Assembly (NCBI GenBank): GCA_028279805.1
Contig: JANQMZ010000007.1
Coordinates: forward strand, 420,001-452,000
From: an archaeon
GTDB lineage: Archaea; Iainarchaeota; Iainarchaeia; Iainarchaeales; JANQMZ01
Direction of reading: 5' to 3'
Length of the DNA stretch: 32,000 nt
The translations under genes and the position numbers were made by a program. This document shows positions 25,741 to 32,000 of this stretch, one piece after another (position 1 is the stretch's first letter; every line of letters begins with the position of its first letter). A model generated the notes under the pieces. The model saw only the letters and a list, made by a program, of their open reading frames with translations, made no database searches and was not told the origin of the DNA.

Positions 25741-25932
25741 ATGGTTAAAGTGGAAGTTAAAAAAAAACAATTTAATGCGATTATTAAAGAAGATGAAACC
25801 GGAGGATATTTTGCACATATTCCCTCCCTGCCGGGATGCAATACGCAAGGAGAGACAAAGGAAGAAACTTTCAAGAATATAAAAGAAGCAATTGAGCTTT
25901 ATTTAGAAGTAAAATATGAGAATATTAAATAA
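25741..25932 (+). CDS. HicB-family putative antitoxin
   Basis: FNAIIKEDETGGYFAHIPSLPGCNTQGETKEETFKNIKEAIELYLE. Confidence 0.85.
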   Translation: MVKVEVKKKQFNAIIKEDETGGYFAHIPSLPGCNTQGETKEETFKNIKEAIELYLEVKYENIK

Positions 25933-25986
25933 TTACACAAATTCTTGGACAAAAGCTTTAAAAGAATCAAAACTTATTCAAATAAT

Positions 25987-26766
25987 ATGGGTTCCGGCGG
26001 TTTAAGGAGAAGGAGGAGAATACTGGAAAGCCTTGATAAAAAAAAGAGGAAAGGAGAATATATTGATCCAGATATATATTCCCGTCATTACAGGCGTTTA
26101 AATACCGGAGAACATGTAAGAGGGATTAGAACACTTGAATCTCTTGTGGGAGGAGAGTTGAGGGCGTTGGTTGCAATTCTTGAATCTCAGATGAAATCTT
26201 ACAAAGGAATAATCGCACAAAGAGGAACGGAGGAAATAGAGGGTGGAAAGGAATTGATGCGATTAAAGGACAAGCTTGAAAAAAATCCTCCGGCAACAGC
26301 AGAAGAATTGGACAGCTTATCAAAAAGAGTTGGTGAACTGGAAAGATTATACGGAATGCATGGAAGTCATAATAATCTTTTCAGCTTTCAGGAATCTTTG
26401 GTGAAAATGTATGAAGAGGTTTTGGAATCCCGGCGAAAAGATTTAAAAGGCATTGAAAAGGAAAATCCTTCAATGCCCAAGGAAGCAAGACAAAAAATCA
26501 GGGAAATTGTTGAACAACATTCACCAGGAGAAGCAAAAAATCTTCTTCATGATTATGAACAGTTGATTAGAATAAGACTGGGTTCCTTGGATTTGGAAAC
26601 ATTCAGGGAAAGATTTAAGCGTGTTCTTGAAAGTGAAACAAAACCTCAAAGTGATTTTTTTTCAGAAGCAAAAGGAAAAATGATTGAAGGAGTTTTATTC
26701 AGTGTTGGAAATGATTTCAGAGAAGTTTTAAGTGAAATTCAAAAAGCAATGGAAAGAATAAAATAA
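25987..26766 (+). CDS. Coiled-coil hypothetical protein
   Basis: Highly charged helical ORF starting MGSGGLRRRRRILESLDKKKRKGEY. Confidence 0.55.
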   Translation: MGSGGLRRRRRILESLDKKKRKGEYIDPDIYSRHYRRLNTGEHVRGIRTLESLVGGELRALVAILESQMKSYKGIIAQRGTEEIEGGKELMRLKDKLEKNPPATAEELDSLSKRVGELERLYGMHGSHNNLFSFQESLVKMYEEVLESRRKDLKGIEKENPSMPKEARQKIREIVEQHSPGEAKNLLHDYEQLIRIRLGSLDLETFRERFKRVLESETKPQSDFFSEAKGKMIEGVLFSVGNDFREVLSEIQKAMERIK

Positions 26767-27333
26767 TTATTTTTGATTTTTTTCAACTGTTTTTTTGATT
26801 TTATCCAGATAATCCTGTTCAGGTTTTTGAATTTGTTCACCGATTTTTCTGTAATTGCCGCCAAAATATAACAATGGTTTTTTTTCTTCAATTGCAGATA
26901 ATTCTAACACTTCGCCAACAAACATTACATGGTCGCCCAATTCAATTGCTTTAATTAATTTGCATTCAGCATTCATTGCAGCATCTTTAACCATTAAAAC
27001 ATTAATTTTTTTGGCATCATAAAATTCTGCAATTCCCAATTCTTTTAAAACAGCAATTTTATCAACATTTTTAGCAGAACTTTGGCCTGAAACGCTGGAA
27101 ACAACATTTTGTTGCTGGGAAGCAATGCTTATTCCAAATTCTTTTGATTCTTTGATGTTTTCAACAGTTGCTTTCTGAAAACCCAGATGAACTGCCATCA
27201 AACTTGGCTTATAGGACACGTGATTAGTCCATTCAGCAGCCATAATATTCTGGCCATGAGGGCCATTGCTTGTTATTAAGCCAATGTTTGAAACAAATTT
27301 TCTTGTTCTCCAGTCATTCCATTCTAAATCCAT
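26767..27333 (-). CDS. Flavin reductase-like (FMN-binding) protein
   Basis: ITSNGPHGQNIMAAEWTNHVSYKPSLMAVHLGFQKATVENIKESKEFGISI, HVMFVGEVLE, LLYFGGNYRK. Confidence 0.85.
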   Translation of the reverse strand: MDLEWNDWRTRKFVSNIGLITSNGPHGQNIMAAEWTNHVSYKPSLMAVHLGFQKATVENIKESKEFGISIASQQQNVVSSVSGQSSAKNVDKIAVLKELGIAEFYDAKKINVLMVKDAAMNAECKLIKAIELGDHVMFVGEVLELSAIEEKKPLLYFGGNYRKIGEQIQKPEQDYLDKIKKTVEKNQK

Positions 27334-27374
27334 GAAAGATTAAAAGAATGGGAGAATTTAAGTGTTTTTCCAAA

Positions 27375-28379
27375 TTAGTTTTGTTTTTTTCTTGTTTTTC
27401 TAGGATTTAAAGATGATCCGGTTTTTATTTTCCTTTTCCCTCTGGGACTTAAAGTTATTCCTGTTCTTCTGGACTCTTTTTCAATTTTTTTTTGATGCCT
27501 ATATTTTTCATATTGAATGATTTCAGGATTAAAATCAAATCTTCTAACCAAATCTCTTTCCGGAAAAAATCCAAGCAAAACAGGAATTTCCATTCCGGCT
27601 TGATATAAAATTCTCGGATTTTCAAACATTTCAACAACTTGTTCAGGTGGAAAATGCAATTCTATTGCCAGTTTTGCTGCAACTTGTGTTCTGGGTTTTT
27701 TTGAAAAAATGTTAAAAAATTCTTTAAGAGTTATATCATAACTGTTTACCAGTTCATAACCAAACAAACCATTTTGACTTAAAAAATTCACAGAATCAAT
27801 TATGGTTTCTGGCTTTCTTCCATCAAAAAGTCTTGCTGATTGTTTTATCAAATCAACAGCTTCTTCTTTTGAAAACTTTTCTGGTTTTAAAGCCCTTCTT
27901 CTTCTTTTTCTTTCTTCTATAAAACCGGACATTCCCTCAGGCAATGCGTTGGTTCCCGGCCCCCCAAATGCGTTTTTTTTTCTTTGCAAACCGGTTTCAA
28001 GCTTGCCAACATCTTCTGAATCAGCACCTGCACGGATTAAAACATCTCCGGGAACCCCAGAATTAACCAGGTCTTCAAGCAAATAATGGCGAAGGAGTTG
28101 TTCAATTGGAAACTCAAGCTGGCGCGCATGTCCTGCAGTTAGAGTTACCGGATAAATTCTTCTGAATTCGCTTAAATCAATTTCATACACATCATTCAAA
28201 GTTCTTCCGCCCAAACCACGTTTTAATAAAAATTCAGAAGCCTTAAAGTATGATTCCTTCGCAGCTGCTCTTTGAACAAATGTTTCAATTTCTTCTCTTG
28301 AAAGTTCTCCTGCCAAAGCTCTTTGCCTGACGGTTTTTCCTCGAGTTCGAGGCTTTGATTGCCCTCTTTTTTTCAGCAT
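27375..28379 (-). CDS. Hypothetical protein with basic C-terminal tail
   Basis: Long ORF; helical repeats (LKRGLGGRTLNDVYEI, LSQNGLFGYELVNSYDI). Confidence 0.55.
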   Translation of the reverse strand: MLKKRGQSKPRTRGKTVRQRALAGELSREEIETFVQRAAAKESYFKASEFLLKRGLGGRTLNDVYEIDLSEFRRIYPVTLTAGHARQLEFPIEQLLRHYLLEDLVNSGVPGDVLIRAGADSEDVGKLETGLQRKKNAFGGPGTNALPEGMSGFIEERKRRRRALKPEKFSKEEAVDLIKQSARLFDGRKPETIIDSVNFLSQNGLFGYELVNSYDITLKEFFNIFSKKPRTQVAAKLAIELHFPPEQVVEMFENPRILYQAGMEIPVLLGFFPERDLVRRFDFNPEIIQYEKYRHQKKIEKESRRTGITLSPRGKRKIKTGSSLNPRKTRKKQN

Positions 28380-28474
28380 GATATGAATAAGGAAAAGCTG
28401 AGTATAAATAGTTTTATGGTTTAAAAAGGCAAATTTGGAAAAAGTATTTAAAAGGGTTTAATTGTATTTTTGCC

Positions 28475-29209
28475 ATGAGCAGGTTGTTTGAAGGGGCAGT
28501 AAAAAACTGGAAATACGTTTTAAGCTTGTTAATAATTGGCTTGATTTTTTTATTATGGCAGTATTATTACCAGTTAAGTTTTATTCCGGATAACTGGCAA
28601 CTGGCTTTGGTTAGGGCATTAGGTTTTGCCGGAGCAACATTTTTTGCAATAGCTTTATTGTCAAGTTCAATGTTTAAATTCTGGCCGCAGTATGCAAAGT
28701 ATTGGACTGCAAGAAGAATGTTTGGAGTAATGGGTTTTACTTTTATTTTTTTACATTTTTTAACAACAACAATGTTTTTTTATGACGGAAATCCGATGCT
28801 GTTATATTTCCCTTTAAATCCTTTTGAAAATTTGTTAATATTTGGATTGGCAGCTTACCCCATTTTCTTTTTAATGTTTTTAACAAGCACAGACTGGGCT
28901 TATGAAAAAATGGGCCCGCCAAGATGGAAAGCTTTGCACAGACTTGTATATTTTGCTTTCATGTTTTCAGTTTTTCACTTTTTATTAATTAACCCGCCTG
29001 CATTGAAAAACCTGTCAGGTTACTTGTTATTATTGGTAACATTTTTGGCATTGCTGGGAGAATTATACTGGTTTATTAAAATGGCAATCCAAAAAGGATT
29101 CCGAGGATTAGGAGTAAAAATTGGTTTTTTAATAATTTTATTCTGGCTTGCTTTAATTTACTTGGCTTATCCGATGTTAACTAATGCTTTTGGAATTATT
29201 TTCAGTTAA
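28475..29209 (+). CDS. Ferric-reductase-like transmembrane protein
   Basis: KYWTARRMFGVMGFTFIFLHFLTT, WKALHRLVYFAFMFSVFHFLLI conserved His-containing helices. Confidence 0.75.
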   Translation: MSRLFEGAVKNWKYVLSLLIIGLIFLLWQYYYQLSFIPDNWQLALVRALGFAGATFFAIALLSSSMFKFWPQYAKYWTARRMFGVMGFTFIFLHFLTTTMFFYDGNPMLLYFPLNPFENLLIFGLAAYPIFFLMFLTSTDWAYEKMGPPRWKALHRLVYFAFMFSVFHFLLINPPALKNLSGYLLLLVTFLALLGELYWFIKMAIQKGFRGLGVKIGFLIILFWLALIYLAYPMLTNAFGIIFS

Positions 29210-30282
29210 CCAAAAGTAAAAGTGTATAATTCAAATCCTTTTCCAGTAACTTCAAAAACAATTGTTTTCTGGGAATAATCCTGTGAAGAAACCAAATTGT
29301 ACAATTTTTGTTCTTCAACCGGAACAGCTAAATTCTGAACATCAGTTCCGGTATTTTCTTCTGTTAAAGGATTTTGATTTAATTCAATTGTTAAATTTGA
29401 TTTGTCTGGCGAGCCGGCAACTATATTGACATTTTTTGCTTTGAAGGTTAAGGCAACTTTTCCTTTATCTGAAACCAATTTTGAAAAATCTGCTTTTGTT
29501 TCCCATTCTCCGTCCAGATAAGCCAGATTCGGAATAAAAGTGTCAGGCAAAGAATATTCCGTTACTGCGTCTTTTTTGAACCCTTCTTTGTTGCCGAATG
29601 GTGCGCGAATAAATTTATAGCCGAAATAAATTTCAGGCGTGCCGATTTGCGAAAAATCAGGGTTTTCTGTTGAGCCCAAATTTGATTCTTCTTCTTTAAC
29701 TGTTTCATCTTTTTCTGATAATAATTTTAGTATTTGTTTTTCTGTTTCTTCATAGCCCCCTTCCCCAATATGGTCATAGCGGATAAAGCCTTGTGAATCA
29801 ATTAAAAACTTGTGAGGCCACCAGCGATTGTTGTAAGCACGCCATGTGCCAAAATCGTTATCCAGAACAACCGGATATTTTAATTGGTGTTTTTCTACAG
29901 CTTGTTTTACATTGTCAAAATTTTTTTCAAATTCAAATTCAGGGGAGTGAACGCCAATTATTACCAGGCCATTGTCTGAATATTTTTCATGCCAGTCTTT
30001 CAAATAAGGCAGGGTTCTGATGCAATTAATGCAACTGTATGTCCAGAAATCAACCAGTACAACTTTTCCTTTCAAATCTGCAATTTTAATGTCAGGTTCA
30101 GTGTTAATATAATTGTGAATTTTTTGTAATTCAGGAGCTTTTTGCAAACCGTTTTTTGTTTCAATAGGCGTAATCTCATTAATATTAAAATTTTTTGTTG
30201 ATTGCAATGCGAATATTGCTAAAATTATTATTAACAATATTCCTCCTACCAAAAAAGGATTGTTTGGCTTTAAAATTTTCAT
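29206..30282 (-). CDS. TlpA/DipZ-like thioredoxin-fold protein with extra C-terminal domain
   Basis: VDFWTYSCINCIRTLPYLKDWHEKY, IGVHSPEFEFEK, RWWPHKFLIDSQGFIRYDHIGEGGY. Confidence 0.85.
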   Translation of the reverse strand: MKILKPNNPFLVGGILLIIILAIFALQSTKNFNINEITPIETKNGLQKAPELQKIHNYINTEPDIKIADLKGKVVLVDFWTYSCINCIRTLPYLKDWHEKYSDNGLVIIGVHSPEFEFEKNFDNVKQAVEKHQLKYPVVLDNDFGTWRAYNNRWWPHKFLIDSQGFIRYDHIGEGGYEETEKQILKLLSEKDETVKEEESNLGSTENPDFSQIGTPEIYFGYKFIRAPFGNKEGFKKDAVTEYSLPDTFIPNLAYLDGEWETKADFSKLVSDKGKVALTFKAKNVNIVAGSPDKSNLTIELNQNPLTEENTGTDVQNLAVPVEEQKLYNLVSSQDYSQKTIVFEVTGKGFELYTFTFG

Positions 30283-30284
30283 AA

Positions 30285-31001
30285 TTATCCCAACAACATT
30301 TGGTTAACAAAACCTAAATTGGCAACCAAAACCAATGTGTTTGTAAAAACCAAAATTCCCAGAATTATTAAAATTATTCCGAACACGATGTTAAACCATT
30401 TCAAATGTTTTGAAAATTTTTGAATAAAGCCTGATGCTTTTGAAGTGAATGCTCCTACCAAAAGAAACGGAATTCCCAGACCCAAAGAATAGGACAGCAT
30501 TAAAGGGAATGCTGCTTCAGGCTGGGTTGCCGCTAAAGTTAAAACTGCTCCTAAAACCGGCCCTACACAGGGAGTCCAGCCCACCGCAAACGCCGCACCG
30601 AATAAAAAGGAACTTAGGTACTGGAAGCGTGTTTTTTTAACTGTTAATTTTTTGTCGCCTTGCAGTTGCGGAATTTTAATTACTCCTAATAAAAATAAGC
30701 CGAATAATATGATGATTATTCCGCCAATCTGGCTTAAAGTGTTTCTTAAATCAAAAGCAATGCTTGACAAAACGCTTTGCAGTAAAACTCCTAAAATTGA
30801 AAAAACCAATGAAAAGCCTAAAACAAAAAACACTGAACTTAAAAAAATTGTAATTCTTACACGGGGAGCGTTTTCCTGCAATTCTTTTGTTGTTGTTCCG
30901 GCTAAAAAAGTTAAATATGCGGGAATTAATGGAAGAATGCAGGGACTTAAAAAAGATGCGATTCCTGCAAAAAATGCAATTATAATTGTAAACTCAGTCA
31001 A
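30285..31001 (-). CDS. ccdA: CcdA/DsbD-like thiol-disulfide electron-transfer membrane protein
   Basis: FLSPCILPLIPAYLTFLAG, AFAVGWTPCVGPVLGAVLTLAA, LLSYSLGLGIPFLLVG. Confidence 0.92.
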   Translation of the reverse strand: MTEFTIIIAFFAGIASFLSPCILPLIPAYLTFLAGTTTKELQENAPRVRITIFLSSVFFVLGFSLVFSILGVLLQSVLSSIAFDLRNTLSQIGGIIIILFGLFLLGVIKIPQLQGDKKLTVKKTRFQYLSSFLFGAAFAVGWTPCVGPVLGAVLTLAATQPEAAFPLMLSYSLGLGIPFLLVGAFTSKASGFIQKFSKHLKWFNIVFGIILIILGILVFTNTLVLVANLGFVNQMLLG

Positions 31002-31003
31002 TT

Positions 31004-31510
31004 TTATTCACCCAATTCGTCCCTTGCAAAACTAATTTTATCCAGGATAACAGCTTTATTCCACTGGCCGATTCCTCTGACCAGAACATTTTCTTCCGAA
31101 TCAATAATAATGTGAGTGTGTTGTAATGAAACTCCAAATTTTCTTGCCAAATCTTCTTCATCTGCATCGGTTCTGGCATCCTTATAATTAACTTCTATTC
31201 CTGCAACATCTGTCGGAATTTCCTTAAAAGTTTCAACCAAAACAGGTTTTTGAACAACGCATGTAGGACACCAGTCTGCATGGAATTCTAAAAAAATAAT
31301 TTTATTATTCTGCAAAGCTTGTTGATAAGTTGTTTTAGAAAATTCTTTGTATTGGTTTCCGGTTAAATTTAAATTTTCATTTTCTTTTTCATTGGAATTT
31401 GATGACGGATTTGAATTTGAATTGTTTTGTGAAAAATCTGTTTCACTGACTGCCTGCGTGCAGCCGAACACAAAAATTATTGAAAGCAAAAGTATTGGCA
31501 ATGTTTTCAT
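31004..31510 (-). CDS. Thioredoxin-like lipoprotein
   Basis: Signal + lipobox LLSIIFVFGCTQAV; IIFLEFHADWCPTCVVQKPVL CxxC motif. Confidence 0.88.
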   Translation of the reverse strand: MKTLPILLLSIIFVFGCTQAVSETDFSQNNSNSNPSSNSNEKENENLNLTGNQYKEFSKTTYQQALQNNKIIFLEFHADWCPTCVVQKPVLVETFKEIPTDVAGIEVNYKDARTDADEEDLARKFGVSLQHTHIIIDSEENVLVRGIGQWNKAVILDKISFARDELGE

Positions 31511-31511
31511 T

Positions 31512-31790
31512 TTATTCTCTCCATGTTACCCAGGCTAATGCAAGCAAGCCGGCTGTCTGTGCTCCGCTTACTAAAATTGCGTGCTGCATTGCTTCGGCTG
31601 TATAAAAATCAAGTTGTACAAAATGAAAATATGCTGCAAAAATGTTTTGCAATAATAACAAAAATGCAAAAACAATTAAACCTGAACAAAAAGTGCTTTT
31701 CATTTGCCTGTAATTCTGAATATAAACACTTAATAGGAATAACAACAATGCTACATTGATTAATTCCAATATTACCGGAAATTCCATCAT
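31512..31790 (-). CDS. Small integral membrane protein
   Basis: Three hydrophobic helices; tightly packed with the redox genes. Confidence 0.6.
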   Translation of the reverse strand: MMEFPVILELINVALLLFLLSVYIQNYRQMKSTFCSGLIVFAFLLLLQNIFAAYFHFVQLDFYTAEAMQHAILVSGAQTAGLLALAWVTWRE

Positions 31791-31810
31791 ATACCTCCTT
31801 TTTTAGTTTT

Positions 31811-32000
31811 TTAAAGCTTTTTCCCAATTTTTGACCATATTTCCTCAAAAGCTTTTTTTTCTTCATCCGTAAAAGCCGGAAAAAACAATTCACCATATTT
31901 GTCCATGCTGCTTGTAATCCAGTTGTTTTTTTTCAAAACATCAACATGGTGTAAAATTGTTTTATAGTCAACACCTGCTTTTTTAGCCAGCTGGTTTTTG
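31811..32000 (-). CDS. Winged-helix (ArsR-like) regulator, truncated at window edge
   Basis: Minus-strand QNQLAKKAGVDYKTILHHVDVLKKNNWITSSMDKYGELFFPAFTDEEKKAFEEIWSKIGKKL*. Confidence 0.7.
   Translation of the reverse strand, partial: KNQLAKKAGVDYKTILHHVDVLKKNNWITSSMDKYGELFFPAFTDEEKKAFEEIWSKIGKKL

Noticed and set aside
27802-28086. Plus-strand 94-aa ORF and similar antisense ORFs (e.g. 5558-5911, 6356-6739, 8808-9026, 24195-24488, 30652-31035, 31609-31896)
   Set aside because: They are shadows of well-supported genes on the other strand, with Ser/Leu/Phe-rich translations and no motifs.
1-32000. CRISPR array near the CARF-domain gene
   Set aside because: I saw no run of regularly spaced direct repeats and no cas-like proteins anywhere in the window.
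1-32000. Transposon or provirus
   Set aside because: No transposase, integrase, capsid, portal or terminase-like ORF was recognised.

Overview
This AT-rich window looks archaeal, probably from a DPANN-type lineage (inferred from BRE/TATA-like promoters and protein types, with no database search). It carries housekeeping genes: glutamate dehydrogenase, UppP, APC permease, tRNA-Asp, AlkD-like protein, CcdA/TlpA redox genes and two ferric-reductase-like membrane proteins. It also has a compact defence-like island at about 11.5-21.8 kb. That island contains: (a) an HNH restriction-endonuclease-like gene convergent with an 847-aa protein in which an m5C methyltransferase is fused to an N6-adenine methyltransferase; (b) a small Zn-ribbon protein and a frame-disrupted DUF3883-like (PD-(D/E)xK-like) gene that is absent from the supplied ORF track; (c) a tightly packed operon of a Csa3-like CARF-wHTH regulator, a GmrSD-like DUF262/DUF1524 protein and a UvrD-helicase/RecB-nuclease fusion, with no CRISPR array or cas genes visible. 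Other points of interest are a GC-rich cloverleaf-like candidate ncRNA next to tRNA-Asp, a three-gene toxin-antitoxin-like module (DUF4258, YgiT-type Zn finger + AbrB, HicB) with inverted repeats at its promoter, near-perfect palindromes overlapping TATA elements of divergent genes, and a secreted transcobalamin-like protein. Family assignments come from motif reading only.
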